From an uncultured Actinomycetes bacterium (GTDB lineage: Bacteria; Actinomycetota; UBA4738; JBBDTT01), in the NCBI GenBank assembly GCA_963742735.1, contig CAVUMN010000003.1:832001-896000 (forward strand): 64,000 nucleotides of DNA, read 5' to 3'. A program made the position numbers and the translations under genes. Below are positions 10,444 through 20,946 of this stretch, piece after piece. The notes beneath the pieces were generated by a model. It searched no databases, was not told the origin of the DNA, and saw only the letters and a program-made list of their open reading frames with translations. Positions within the stretch are counted from its first letter, which is position 1. Each line of letters starts with the position of its first letter.

Positions 10444-12932
10444 AGGCCGTCGTCATGGCGGGTGGACAGGGCAGCCGCCTGCGGCCCCTGACCAGCAACC
10501 AGCCGAAACCGATGCTCCCCATCGTCGGGCAGCCGATGATGCAGCACATCCTGCGCCTGCTCAGGCGGCACGGGTTCACCGAGGTCGTGGCGACCGTGCA
10601 GTTCCTGGCGAGCATCATCCGCAACTTCTTCGGCGACGGCTCGGACCTGGGGATCGACCTCTCCTACGCCACCGAGGAGGAGCCGCTCGGCACCGCCGGC
10701 AGCGTGAAGAACGCCGAGGCGTTCCTGGACGACACGTTCCTGGTGATCTCGGGTGACGCCCTCACCGACCTGGACCTCTCGGCGGTGCTCGCCTTCCACC
10801 GCGACCGGGAGGCCGCGGTTACCGTCGTCACCAAGCGCGTCGAGGATCCCCTGGAGTTCGGGATCGTCATCGCCGGCGAGGACGGCAAGGTCGAGCGGTT
10901 CCTGGAGAAGCCCGGCTGGGGCGAGGTGTTCAGCGACACCATCAACACCGGCATCTACGTGATCGAGCCCGAGGTCCTGGAGTTCATCCCTCAAGGGGAG
11001 GAGTTCGACTTCGCGGCCGACCTGTTCCCGCTCCTTCTCGACAAGGGGCTGCCGCTGTACGCCTACCGCACCGAGGACTACTGGACCGACGTCGGCAACC
11101 TGGACAGCTATCTGCAGGCCCACCGCGACGTCCTGGACGGCCGCATCGAGGTGGAGATCGAGGGCTTCGAGCTGTCCGAGGGCGTGTGGCTGGGCGAGGG
11201 CGCGGAGATCGACCCGGCCGCCCAGATCGTCGGCCCGGCCTACATCGGGGAGAACTCCCGCGTGGAGGGCGGCGCGACGGTCCGCGAATACACCACCCTG
11301 GGCAGCAATGTCGTCGTCAAGGGCGGCGCGTTCCTGCACCGGGCGATCGTTCACGACAACGCCTACATCGGTCCGGGTGCCTCGCTACGGGGCTGCGTGC
11401 TCGGCAAGAACACCGACGTGAAGTCCAACGCCCGACTCGAGGAGGGCGTGGTCGTCGCCGACGAGTGCTACGTGGGTGACGGCGCAGTCCTCAACCCGCA
11501 GGTGAAGGTCTACCCCTTCAAGACGGTGGAGCCCGGCGCGCTCGTCTCGCAGAGCATCATCTGGGAGTCGAGGGGCTCGCGGAGCCTGTTCGGCGAGCGG
11601 GGCGTCGCCGGGCTGATGAACATCGACGTCACCCCCGAGTCGGCACTGCGGCTGGCCCTGGCCTTCGCGAGCACCTTGCCCAAGACCTCGGTGGTCACGA
11701 CGTGCCGCGACGTGACCCGCACGGCCCGGATCGTGAAGCGCGCGATGATCGCCGGCCTGAACGCCGCCGGCGTCAACTGCCACGACCTGGAGCTGGTCCC
11801 GACGCCCGTGGCCCGTCACTACGCTCGCTCCACCCGCGCCGTCGCCGGGATCGTGGTGCGCACCGCGCCCGACGACGCCTCCGCCGTGGAGATCCAGTTC
11901 TTCGACGACCGGGGCGTGGACATCGACCAGTCCGCGCAGCGAAAGGTGGAGCGGACGTACTACCGCGACGACTTCCGCCGCGCGTATCACCACGAGATCG
12001 GCGAGCTGAACTTCCCGGCCCGGGGCCGCGAGTACTACACGCGCGGCCTGACCGACGCCGTGAACATCGAGGCGATCCGCGACCGGGCTCCCAAGCTGGT
12101 CGTCGACTACGCGTTCGGCGCCGCCAACCTGACCCTCCCCACGGTCCTCGGGCGGGCCGGGGCCGACGTCCTGGCCGTGAACGCGACCCTGGACGAGGAC
12201 CGCGTGATCATGGACGAGGCCGAGGTCGAGGCCCATCTCCGCGCGCTCTCGGGGCTGGTCCGGACCACCGGGGCCGACCTGGGCGTCCTGATCGACGGCA
12301 CCGCCGAGCGGATCCGGCTGGTGGACGACCGGGGGAGACCCCTGGACGGGATCGCCGAGCTGCTGGCGTTCGTGCACCTCATCACCCAGATCCACGACGC
12401 GCCCCGGATCGCGGTCCCGGTTACCGCCTCCCGGCGCGTCCAGGAGATGGTCGACGCGGTCGGCGGGACGGTCCACTGGACGAAGGTGGCCCCCGCCGCG
12501 CTGATGGCGGCCGCGGACGAGGGCGGGGTGGTGTTCGCGGGTGACGCCGCTGGCGGGCTGATCTTCCCGGACTTCCTGGCGGCGTTCGACGGCGTCCTCA
12601 GCGTGGTCCGGCTGCTCGAGTACCTGGCGGTGGCGAACGCCCGGCTGGCCGACGTGGTCGACGCGTTGCCGCCGGTGCACATCGTGGAGCTCGACGTCCC
12701 GATGCCCTGGGAGATCAAGGGGACGGTCATGCGCCGGCTCCTGGAGCGCGAGGAGGGCAACGGGCGCGACATCACGGATGGGGTAAAGATCTACCGCGAC
12801 CGGGACTGGGCGCTGGTGATCCCCGATCCACTCGAGCCGCTGGTGCGCGTGTTCGCGGAGTCGGACACGCTGGACGGCGCGGGAATGCTGGCGGGGGAGT
12901 TCGCCGCCCTGGTCGACGAGCTGCGGGACTGA
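10440..12932 (+). CDS. Bifunctional mannose-1-phosphate guanylyltransferase / phosphomannomutase-like protein
   Basis: [21 protein letters not shown] nucleotidyltransferase, hexapeptide repeats, then phosphohexomutase domains (LFGERGVAG). Confidence 0.92.
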   Translation: MKAVVMAGGQGSRLRPLTSNQPKPMLPIVGQPMMQHILRLLRRHGFTEVVATVQFLASIIRNFFGDGSDLGIDLSYATEEEPLGTAGSVKNAEAFLDDTFLVISGDALTDLDLSAVLAFHRDREAAVTVVTKRVEDPLEFGIVIAGEDGKVERFLEKPGWGEVFSDTINTGIYVIEPEVLEFIPQGEEFDFAADLFPLLLDKGLPLYAYRTEDYWTDVGNLDSYLQAHRDVLDGRIEVEIEGFELSEGVWLGEGAEIDPAAQIVGPAYIGENSRVEGGATVREYTTLGSNVVVKGGAFLHRAIVHDNAYIGPGASLRGCVLGKNTDVKSNARLEEGVVVADECYVGDGAVLNPQVKVYPFKTVEPGALVSQSIIWESRGSRSLFGERGVAGLMNIDVTPESALRLALAFASTLPKTSVVTTCRDVTRTARIVKRAMIAGLNAAGVNCHDLELVPTPVARHYARSTRAVAGIVVRTAPDDASAVEIQFFDDRGVDIDQSAQRKVERTYYRDDFRRAYHHEIGELNFPARGREYYTRGLTDAVNIEAIRDRAPKLVVDYAFGAANLTLPTVLGRAGADVLAVNATLDEDRVIMDEAEVEAHLRALSGLVRTTGADLGVLIDGTAERIRLVDDRGRPLDGIAELLAFVHLITQIHDAPRIAVPVTASRRVQEMVDAVGGTVHWTKVAPAALMAAADEGGVVFAGDAAGGLIFPDFLAAFDGVLSVVRLLEYLAVANARLADVVDALPPVHIVELDVPMPWEIKGTVMRRLLEREEGNGRDITDGVKIYRDRDWALVIPDPLEPLVRVFAESDTLDGAGMLAGEFAALVDELRD

Positions 12933-14146
12933 TGGCCGGCTTCAACGTCGCCTCGCCCGACGAGATCCGCCGCGGCCGGGTGACCGACGTCTACTTCGAG
13001 CGGAGCCGGCGGGTCCTGGAGGCCGAGCAGTCCGACGCGCGCGTCGTCGCCGAGATCCGCACGGGCGCGCTGCCCCGCGGCTGGCCGTGGGGGGTCTTCG
13101 CCGGGCTGGACGAGGCCCTCGCGCTGCTGGAGGGCCACGACCTGGAGGTCCACTCGATCCGCGAGGGGAGCGTGTTCTACGCGGAGGAGCCGGTGGTCAC
13201 CATCGAGGGCCGGTACCTCGAGTTCGGGGTCCTCGAGACCGCGCTGCTCGGCGTGCTGTGTCAGGCGAGCGGCGTGGCCACGGCCGCCGCCCGCACCAAG
13301 CTCGCCGCGGCCGGCCGGCCCGTCTACTCCTTCGGGGCCCGGCGGATGCACCCGGCGATCGCGCCGATGATCGAGCGCGCGGCGTACCTCGGCGGGTTCG
13401 ACGGGGTGGCGGCGGTCAAGAGCGGCGAGGTCCTTGGGCTGGAACCGGTCGGGACCATGGCCCACGCCCTGATCCTGATCCTGGGGGAGGACCGGGCCTG
13501 GTCGGGGTTCGACCGAACGATCGAGCCGGCCGTGCCCCGGGTGGCGCTGGTGGACACGTACCAGGACGAGAAGTTCGGCGCGGTCGCCGCGGCCCGCCTG
13601 CTGGGCGACAAGCTGACGGCGGTGCGGCTGGACACGCCGGCCTCCCGCCGCGGGGACTTCCTCGCGATCTGCCGCGAGGTCCGCTGGGAGCTCGACTCGG
13701 CCGGCTTCTCCCACGTCCAGATCTTCCTGTCGGGGGGCATCGACGAGACGAGCATCCGGGAGCTCAATCGCTACGCCGACGCGTACGGCGTCGGCACGAG
13801 CGTGTCGAACGCGCCGGTCGTGGATTTCTCGCTCGACCTGGTGGAGGTCGACGGCAAGCCCCGCGCGAAGCGGGGGAAGCTCTCCGGGCGGAAACACCTG
13901 TGGGGCTGCGACAACTGCGGCAACCGGGGGATCGCGCCCGGCGACGCGCGGCTCGGCGACTGTCCTCGCTGCGGCCATCGAGTCCGAGACCTCTCGCAGC
14001 ACGCGCTGCGAGCCGGCCGCCCGGCCGGGGAGTACCCGAAGGCGGCCGACGTCCGGGCCCACGCCCTTGAGGAGATCGCGGCCGCGCCCGACCCGTTCGC
14101 GTCGCTGCCGAGGCCGCCGGGACGCACGAACCACGAGGAGGCCTGA
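12932..14146 (+). CDS. pncB: Nicotinate phosphoribosyltransferase
   Basis: TDVYF, SFGARR, GTMAH, LVDT, VRLDT, SGG, YGVGT; C-terminal CxxC...CxxC. Confidence 0.92.
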   Translation: MAGFNVASPDEIRRGRVTDVYFERSRRVLEAEQSDARVVAEIRTGALPRGWPWGVFAGLDEALALLEGHDLEVHSIREGSVFYAEEPVVTIEGRYLEFGVLETALLGVLCQASGVATAAARTKLAAAGRPVYSFGARRMHPAIAPMIERAAYLGGFDGVAAVKSGEVLGLEPVGTMAHALILILGEDRAWSGFDRTIEPAVPRVALVDTYQDEKFGAVAAARLLGDKLTAVRLDTPASRRGDFLAICREVRWELDSAGFSHVQIFLSGGIDETSIRELNRYADAYGVGTSVSNAPVVDFSLDLVEVDGKPRAKRGKLSGRKHLWGCDNCGNRGIAPGDARLGDCPRCGHRVRDLSQHALRAGRPAGEYPKAADVRAHALEEIAAAPDPFASLPRPPGRTNHEEA

Positions 14147-14547
14147 TGAACTACCCGGACAACGTCGGCTACACGCGCGAGCACGAGTGGGCCCGGCTCG
14201 AGGACGGCTCGCGGGTCCGCGTGGGGATCACCGACTTCGCCCAGGACGCGCTGGGGGATGTCGTCTACGTGGACCTCCCCGAGGTCGGCGCCGACGTGCT
14301 CGGCGGGGAGCCCTTCGGCGAGGTCGAGTCCACGAAGTCGGTGTCCGACGTCTACTCGCCGGTGACCGGCGTCGTCGCGGAGCGCAACGACGCGTTGGAG
14401 GACTCTCCGGAGCTCGTAAACGAGGACCCGTACGGCGACGGGTGGATGCTGATCATCGATGCGAGCGATCCGACCGAGATCGACGCCCTGCTGTCGGCCG
14501 ACGCGTATCGCGAGTTCGTGGAGAGCGAGACCCCGGCCGAGGACTGA
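14146..14547 (+). CDS. gcvH: Glycine cleavage system H protein
   Basis: HEW, VGITDFAQDALGDVVYV, lipoyl-lysine motif VESTKSVSD. Confidence 0.97.
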   Translation: MNYPDNVGYTREHEWARLEDGSRVRVGITDFAQDALGDVVYVDLPEVGADVLGGEPFGEVESTKSVSDVYSPVTGVVAERNDALEDSPELVNEDPYGDGWMLIIDASDPTEIDALLSADAYREFVESETPAED

Positions 14548-14583
14548 GCCTCTCGAGCCTTCCGAGCACATTTCCCCAGGTGA

Positions 14584-14651
14584 TTGACCCTTTTCCACAC
14601 CGGCCCTATTGTTGACGTTCCCTCATGAACCCTCGAGGTTCCCTAGAGGGT
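14584..14651 (+). promoter_or_regulatory. Sigma-70 promoter (TTGACC-17-TATTGT) followed by an ACCCTC-N11-GAGGGT palindrome (FtsR-like operator)
   Basis: -35 at 14584-14589, -10 at 14607-14612; palindrome arms at 14629-14634 and 14646-14651. Confidence 0.6.
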
Positions 14652-14671
14652 GACGTTGACCGGAGGCCGAG

Positions 14672-15130
14672 GTGTACTGCACCAACTGTGGACATCGCAA
14701 CCCCGCGGACTCCAAGTTCTGCGCGAAGTGCGGCCATCCATTACAGGAGGACAGCACGGCGACTTTCAGTCCTGTGGAGATCGAGGACGAGACCGGTGAA
14801 GAAGTCATCCTTCCCCTTGACGAGCTCGAAGCCGGGCAGGCGCTGCTCGTGGTGAAGCGCGGCCCCGGCGCGGGCTCGCGCTTCCTGATCGACAAGGACG
14901 TCGTCGTCTCCGGACGCCATCCCGAGAGCGACGTGTTCCTCGACGACATCACCGTGTCGCGCAAGCACCTCGAGCTGCGGCGCAAGGACGGCGCGTTCTC
15001 GGTGCACGACATGGGAAGCCTGAACGGCACCTACGTGAACGGCGAGCTGGTCGAGGAGACCGCCCTCGCCAACGGCGACGAGATCCAGGTCGGCAAGTTC
15101 AAGCTCGTGTTCTTCACGGCCCCGGAGTAG
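14672..15130 (+). CDS. garA: Zinc-ribbon + FHA domain protein (GarA/OdhI-like)
   Basis: CTNC..CAKC, DSTATF phospho-Thr-like motif, GRHPESDVFLDDITVSRKH, GSLNGTYVN; located after gcvH. Confidence 0.88.
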   Translation: MYCTNCGHRNPADSKFCAKCGHPLQEDSTATFSPVEIEDETGEEVILPLDELEAGQALLVVKRGPGAGSRFLIDKDVVVSGRHPESDVFLDDITVSRKHLELRRKDGAFSVHDMGSLNGTYVNGELVEETALANGDEIQVGKFKLVFFTAPE

Positions 15131-15133
15131 ACG

Positions 15134-15907
15134 ATGGCGACCAGAAGCTACCTGTCGATCGGCGAGGTCCTCGTGGCCCTCAAGGCCGAGTTCCCCGACA
15201 TCACGATCAGCAAGATCCGCTTCCTGGAAGGGGAGGGGCTGATCGATCCCGAGCGCACGCCGTCGGGCTATCGCAAGTTCTACGACAAGGACGTCGACCG
15301 GCTGCGGCGCATCCTGCGGCTGCAGCGCGACGAGTACCTGCCGCTGAAGGTCATCAAGGACCGCCTGGACGCGCCGGCCCAGACCGAGGCGCCGGCGCGC
15401 ACGCCGATGGCGAGCGACGACCTCGAGCCGTCGGAGATCGGTGCGAGCGACACCTCGGCGGCACGGCCGGCGGCCAAAGCCGACGCGCCGCTGGAGGACG
15501 ACATCGTCCAGACCGCGCAGGGCCTGCAGATGTCGCTCGAGGAGCTGTCGTCGGCCACCGGCGTCGAGGCCGAGCGGATCCGTGAGCTCGAGTCGTTCGG
15601 CCTGCTGAAGGGTCAGGGCGAGAACGGCGCGCGCTATTACGACGGCGACGACCTGGTGGTGCTCTCGATCGTGAAGGACTTCTTCAAGTACGGCGTCGAG
15701 CCGCGCCACCTGACGATGTACCGGCACTTCGCCGAGCGAGAGGCGACCTTCTTCGAGACGATCGTCCTGCCGGTCCTTCGGCAGCGGAACCCCGACGCGC
15801 GGAAGGCGGCGACCGAGTCGCTGGGCGATCTCGCGCGGCTGTCCCGCAAGCTGAAGCAGGCGCTGCTCAGCTCGAACCTGCGGCACCACCTCCACTCCGC
15901 GCCGTAA
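15134..15907 (+). CDS. ftsR: MerR-family regulator, FtsR-like
   Basis: LSIGEVL..L..EFPDITISKIRFLE.EGLI.P.RTPSGYRK; directly after garA as in other actinobacteria. Confidence 0.85.
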   Translation: MATRSYLSIGEVLVALKAEFPDITISKIRFLEGEGLIDPERTPSGYRKFYDKDVDRLRRILRLQRDEYLPLKVIKDRLDAPAQTEAPARTPMASDDLEPSEIGASDTSAARPAAKADAPLEDDIVQTAQGLQMSLEELSSATGVEAERIRELESFGLLKGQGENGARYYDGDDLVVLSIVKDFFKYGVEPRHLTMYRHFAEREATFFETIVLPVLRQRNPDARKAATESLGDLARLSRKLKQALLSSNLRHHLHSAP

Positions 15908-15915
15908 CGGCGCCC

Positions 15916-17172
15916 GTGTCCGCCATGTTCGGAAAGCGGCCCGCCCGCGCGCTCGTCCTCGTTCTCGCCGTGGCCGTCCTCGCCGTGCCGGCCGTCGCCG
16001 TGCGGGGGGCTCTCGGCCAGGCCACGTTTCCGCCGCCGACCCCGGTCCCGCCGAGTGGGATCCCCTCGCCGTACCCGACGGCCCTCGAGACGCCGGCCCC
16101 GGGGTTCGATCCGCCGCGGCTGCGCTCCGAGGCGGCGGTGCTGATGGACCTCGACGGGGGAGGGGTGCTGTTCTCGGCCGATCCCCGGGAGCGCCGGCCC
16201 ATCGCCAGCCTGACCAAGATCATGACCGCGCTCCTGGTCCTGGAGCGGATCGGGGCCGACGAGCCGGTGGTGGCCGGCCCGAACGCCACGAGCCAGCCCG
16301 GCGCCGAGCTCGGCCTGCAGGTCGGGGAGGTCCAGCCGGCGAGCGAGCTGCTGTACGCCCTGATGCTCGCCTCGGCCAACGACGCCGGCGTCGCCCTGGC
16401 CGAGCACGTCGGCGGGACGGTCGATCGGTTCGTCTCAGAGATGAACGCCCGCGCCTCGGAGCTGGGGATGGAGGACACGTTCTTCTTCTCGCCGACGGGG
16501 CTCGACGACCGCGGGTACTCCACCGCCGTTGACGTCGCCAGGCTGACCGCGACGGCCCTCGAGTTCCCGGAGCTCCGGACGATCGTCGAGACGAAGTTCC
16601 ACAACGTGGCGGCGCCGTCGGGTCCCCGCCGCCGCCTGCAGAATCGCAACGCGCTGCTGTGGCTGTATCCGGGGACCCTCGGCGTCAAGACCGGGCTCAC
16701 CACCGCGGCCGGCTACTGCCTGGCGGCGGTGGCCGAGCGGGAGGACGAGCGCTATCTGATCGTCCTGCTGGGGGAGCCCGACTTCACCTGGAACGACGGG
16801 GCGGCACTGCTGGACCACGCATTCGCCGCGTACGACCGCCGGGAGGTGCTCGGCGAGGGCGAGGAGCTGCCGCCCGTGCGCGTGGGCGACCTGGAGGTCC
16901 CCGCGGTCGCCGCAGGCGCCGTGGAGGCCTACGTACACGAGGAGCACCCGGGAGTGCGGATCGAGGTCGTTCCCCGGCCCGGTCTGCGCTTCCCCGTCCG
17001 GGAGGGCGCCCCCCTCGGCGAGGCCGTGGTCCGGGTGGCCGGCAGGGAGGTGGGGCGGGCGCCGGTGGTGGTCGGCGACCTTCCCGACCCGGTCGGCGCG
17101 GGGCGGCCGTACTGGCTGCGCATGGTCCTGGTGCTGACCGCCCTGCTCGGCCGTCTGGTCCAGGAGGACTGA
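15916..17172 (+). CDS. D-alanyl-D-alanine carboxypeptidase (S11)
   Basis: SLTK, SAN and KTG penicillin-binding motifs; signal peptide and C-terminal anchor. Confidence 0.92.
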   Translation: MSAMFGKRPARALVLVLAVAVLAVPAVAVRGALGQATFPPPTPVPPSGIPSPYPTALETPAPGFDPPRLRSEAAVLMDLDGGGVLFSADPRERRPIASLTKIMTALLVLERIGADEPVVAGPNATSQPGAELGLQVGEVQPASELLYALMLASANDAGVALAEHVGGTVDRFVSEMNARASELGMEDTFFFSPTGLDDRGYSTAVDVARLTATALEFPELRTIVETKFHNVAAPSGPRRRLQNRNALLWLYPGTLGVKTGLTTAAGYCLAAVAEREDERYLIVLLGEPDFTWNDGAALLDHAFAAYDRREVLGEGEELPPVRVGDLEVPAVAAGAVEAYVHEEHPGVRIEVVPRPGLRFPVREGAPLGEAVVRVAGREVGRAPVVVGDLPDPVGAGRPYWLRMVLVLTALLGRLVQED

Positions 17173-17191
17173 GCCCCTAGACTCCAGGTCC

Positions 17192-17833
17192 GTGGACGAG
17201 ACGGTGCGGGTCCTGTGGGACGAGCCGACGATCCGCGACCGGGTCCGCGAGCTCGGCCGGGCCATCACCGACGACTACGCCGGCCGCTCGCCGGTCCTGA
17301 TCTCGGTACTGAAGGGCGGCGCCATCTTCCTGGGCGATCTCCTGCGCGAGGTCCGCCTGCCCGCCCGCATCGACTTCATGTCGATCAGCAAGTACGCGGG
17401 CAAGGACGAAGAGGAGGGCGAGGGCTCCGGCGTCGTGCGGATCGTCAAAGACCTCGACGAGGACATCAGCGGGCAGGACGTCATCGTCGTCGAGGACATC
17501 ATCGACACCGGGCTGACCCTGTCCTACCTGCTGTCCACGCTCGAGGCGAAGGGGCCGGCGTCGCTGGAGGTGTGCACCCTCCTGGACCGCTCCGTCCGGC
17601 GCATCGTGCCCCTCAACATCCGGTACCGGGGCTTCGACTGCCCCGATCAGTTCGTGGTGGGCTACGGCCTGGACGTCGACGAGCGGTACCGGAACCTGCC
17701 GATGATCGTCGCCCTCAGCCACCCGGACGCGGCGCGCGACGACCCCGATCTGCTGCTGCCGTACCTCACCGGTGAGGCGCCCTCGGCGCCGGTCGACGGG
17801 CCGGAGGCCGATGATAGATTGGCGCCGGGATGA
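17192..17833 (+). CDS. hpt: Hypoxanthine phosphoribosyltransferase
   Basis: VLKG, VIVVEDIIDTGLTL, FVVGYGLD...YRNLP. Confidence 0.95.
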   Translation: MDETVRVLWDEPTIRDRVRELGRAITDDYAGRSPVLISVLKGGAIFLGDLLREVRLPARIDFMSISKYAGKDEEEGEGSGVVRIVKDLDEDISGQDVIVVEDIIDTGLTLSYLLSTLEAKGPASLEVCTLLDRSVRRIVPLNIRYRGFDCPDQFVVGYGLDVDERYRNLPMIVALSHPDAARDDPDLLLPYLTGEAPSAPVDGPEADDRLAPG

Positions 17834-18300
17834 TCGAGCTGAACCTGATCGGCGTCCGTGTGGAGCTCCCGACCAATCAGCCGATCGTGCTCCTCAAGGA
17901 GAAGGAAGGGGAGCGGTTCCTGCCGATCTGGATCGGTGCGATGGAGGCGACGGCCATCGCCTTCGCCCTGCAGGGGATCGTCACCGCCCGGCCGATGACC
18001 CACGACCTGCTGAAGAACCTGCTCGAGGAGATCGCGGTGAACGTCGAGGCCATCGAGATCACCGAGCTGAAGGAGGGCACCTTCTACGCGGTGATCAAGC
18101 TCGCGGTGAACGGGACCCGCTACGAGGTGTCCTCCCGGCCGTCCGACGCGATCGCCCTGGCCGTGCGCGCCAACGTCCCGATCTTCGCCCATGAGGACGT
18201 CCTCACCGAGGCGTCCATCGTCATCCGCGACGACGAGGAGCAGGAGGTCGAGAAGTTCCGCGAGTTCCTGGACAACGTCACCCCCGAGGACTTCGCGTAG
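17830..18300 (+). CDS. Bifunctional nuclease family protein (DUF151)
   Basis: LPIWIG..EA, RPMTHDLL, SRPSDAIALA. Confidence 0.93.
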   Translation: MIELNLIGVRVELPTNQPIVLLKEKEGERFLPIWIGAMEATAIAFALQGIVTARPMTHDLLKNLLEEIAVNVEAIEITELKEGTFYAVIKLAVNGTRYEVSSRPSDAIALAVRANVPIFAHEDVLTEASIVIRDDEEQEVEKFREFLDNVTPEDFA

Positions 18301-18312
18301 GTCCGGGCGAGG

Positions 18313-18593
18313 TCAGAGCAGCTTCGCGGCGGCGATCACGGCGCCGGTCAACGCGAACTGGAAGCCGATGAACCCGCGGAGCTGATGGCGGAGGGCTTTC
18401 TCCAGCTTGGCCTCGAACCTGGACTCCAATCGAGTTTCGAGCTGCTCGAGGTCTCGCTTGAGGTCATGCTTCGTGGCCAAGTCGGCCCAGCCGACGGCAG
18501 GCAGCAGTCCCATCAGCGTGTCCGCCTCGTCGCGCCCGAGCATTCCTCGAGCTTCTGGAACAGCTGGTGACGTGCGCGCTCATCGATCGCCAT
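18313..18593 (-). CDS. Small coiled-coil protein with C-terminal TM (DUF1640-like); frameshift near 18543
   Basis: MAIDERARHQLFQKLEE/LGRDEADTLMGLLP.VGWADLATKHDL...; SD GGAGG upstream. Confidence 0.65.
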
Positions 18594-18700
18594 CGTAGAC
18601 CTCCCGACTCGGGAGGGGGAGATAGAGCCGCGATCGTAGCCCGGGGCTCTGACACCGCCTCCGAGGCCCGCTCAAAGCCCGCATTGGGGCGTTGGCATGG

Positions 18701-18729
18701 TTGACTCTCGGGGGTGGCCGAAGTAGATT
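18701..18729 (+). promoter_or_regulatory. Sigma-70 promoter TTGACT-17-TAGATT
   Basis: Near-consensus hexamers upstream of the MerR gene. Confidence 0.65.
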
Positions 18730-18766
18730 TGCGCCACTCACATCCCGGTAATTACGGAGCTGTCAC

Positions 18767-19195
18767 ATGGCCGATGAGCAGGGGTTTCGCGTCCCCGAAG
18801 TGACTCGTCTGACGGGGATCACGTACCGACAACTGGACTACTGGACCCGCACCGGATTGGTCTCCGCGAGCGTGCGCGAGGCGGAAGGATCGGGGACCCA
18901 GCGGCTGTACTCGTTCACCGATGTCCTGGAGCTGAAGGCCATCAAGCGGATGGAGGACATGGGCCTGTCCCTCCAGAAGATCCGCCGTGCCGTGAAGAAC
19001 CTCGGCGAGATCCTCAACAAGAGCCCGCACAGCGCGAGCCTCGTCTCCGACGGCACCACGATGTACGCGGTCGAGTCGCAGGGGGAGATCGTGGACCTGC
19101 TGAGCAAGGGCCAGGGCGCGTTCTTCATCCCGCTCCCGCAGCTCCGAACGGAGCTCGAGGAGGCGGTCGCGTCCTCGTCGGTGGGAGGCGCTTGA
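18767..19195 (+). CDS. MerR-family transcriptional regulator
   Basis: GITYRQLDYW.RTGLV..S...A.GSGTQRLYSF.D. Confidence 0.93.
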   Translation: MADEQGFRVPEVTRLTGITYRQLDYWTRTGLVSASVREAEGSGTQRLYSFTDVLELKAIKRMEDMGLSLQKIRRAVKNLGEILNKSPHSASLVSDGTTMYAVESQGEIVDLLSKGQGAFFIPLPQLRTELEEAVASSSVGGA

Positions 19196-19566
19196 CCGGC
19201 AAGCTTCGCTCGGTCCCCACCGAGCCGCTGAAAAGCGACTCGACACCGTTTGCCCACGCCAGCGAGCGCCAGTTCGCGAAGCTCCTCGACTTCTACCAGA
19301 TCGAATGGGACTACGAGCCCAAGTCCTTCGACCTGGCCTGGGACTCCGACGGCCATGTCATCCAGCGCTTCACGCCGGACTTCTACCTTCCGATGTACGA
19401 CCTGTTCATCGAGATCACCACGCTGAACCAGAAGCTGGTGACCAAGAAGAACCGCAAGGTCCGCCGGCTGCGCGAGCTCTACCCCGACGTGAAGTGCAAA
19501 ATCTTCTACCAGCGCGACTACCTGTCCCTGGTGACGAAGTACGGCCTCGAGGACCACGCGGGCTAA
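19192..19566 (+). CDS. Conserved hypothetical protein, PD-(D/E)xK nuclease-like fold
   Basis: SE..FA, W.YEP..F, FTPDFYLP...FIEIT; TTGA overlap with MerR. Confidence 0.75.
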   Translation: MTGKLRSVPTEPLKSDSTPFAHASERQFAKLLDFYQIEWDYEPKSFDLAWDSDGHVIQRFTPDFYLPMYDLFIEITTLNQKLVTKKNRKVRRLRELYPDVKCKIFYQRDYLSLVTKYGLEDHAG

Positions 19567-19628
19567 TCCGAGCCGTCCACTAGAATCGCGCTCGGTCTTC
19601 CCTCCGGCCCCTCGAAAGGACTCGCGCG

Positions 19629-20946
19629 TTGCAGTTCGCGCCGCACACCGACGAAGACGTCCGCGAGATGCTCGAGGCGATCGGGCTGAACTCGCTCGAG
19701 GACCTGTACGCCCACATCCCTCCCGAGGTCCGCCTGGACCGGACCCTGCACCTGCCCAAGGGGCTGTCCGAGCCCGAGCTGGTGGGGGAGCTCCAGAGGC
19801 TGGCCGCGCGCAACCGCCACACCGACGACCTGGTGTGCTTCGCCGGCGCCGGCGCCTACGACCACTACGTGCCGAGCGTGGTGTGGGCCATGGCCGGACA
19901 ATCCGAGCTGTACACCTCCTACACGCCCTACCAGCCGGAGCTCTCCCAGGGCGTCCTCCAGGCCCTGTTCGAGTACCAGTCGATGATCTGCGACCTGACC
20001 GGGCTCGAGGTGTCGAACGCCTCGCTGTACGACGGGGCGACGGCGATCGTCGAGGCGGTGAACCTGTCGCGCGCCGCGACGGGGCGTGACCGCGTCCTGG
20101 TCGCCGACACGGTCGACCCTCGCTACATGGAGGTCCTGACGACCTACGGCAGGGGAGCGGGGTACGCGCCGGAGACGTTCGGGTCGACCGGCGGGCGGGC
20201 GAACGTACCCGAAGTCGGCGACGACGTCGCGTGCGTGATCGTCCAGCACCCGAACCGGCTAGGGATCCTGGAGCCGGCGCGGGAGCTGTTCGACGCCGCT
20301 CGCGCGGGCGGGGCGAGGGCCGTGCAGGTCTTCGACCCGCTGTCGCTGGGCGTCCTGGCGCCGCCGGGGGAGCTCGGGGCCGACGTCGCGGTCGCCGAGG
20401 GCCAGGTCCTGGGCAACCACCTGAGCTTCGGCGGTCCGTACCTGGGGATCATCGCCGCGCGGATGCAGGACATCCGGCGGATGCCGGGGCGCATCGCGGG
20501 GGAGACCCTCGACGTCGACGGCAACGTCGGCTACGTCCTGACCCTCCAGGCCCGCGAGCAGCACATCCGCCGGGCCAAGGCCACCTCGAACATCTGCACG
20601 AACCAGACCCTGATGGCCGTCGCGGCGACCGTGTACCTGGCGTGGCTCGGGCCGGAGGGCCTGCGCGAGCTCGGCGGGCTGTGCACCTCGAACGCGGCCT
20701 ACGCGGCCGAGACGCTGTCGGCGATCGACGGCGTGGAGCTCGTCCACCCGGACGCGCCGTTCTTCAAGGAGTTCGCCGTGTCGCTGCCCCGCGATCCCGC
20801 CGAGGTCATCGAGGCCCTGGTGGACGCGGGGCATCCTGGCCGGCGTCCCGATCCCCGAGGGACTGCTCGTCGCGGTGACCGAGCGGCGCTCGAAGAAGGA
20901 GATCGACGCGCTGGCCACGGCGCTGGGGGAGGTGCTCGCCTCGTGA
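19629..20946 (+). CDS. gcvPA: Glycine dehydrogenase subunit 1 (frameshift near 20830)
   Basis: YTPYQPELSQG, NASLYDG, REQHIRRAKATSNICTNQ. Confidence 0.95.

Noticed and set aside
19567-19628. Glycine riboswitch before gcvPA
   Set aside because: The gap is only about 60 nt and is taken up by a TAGAAT -10 and SD; no aptamer motifs.
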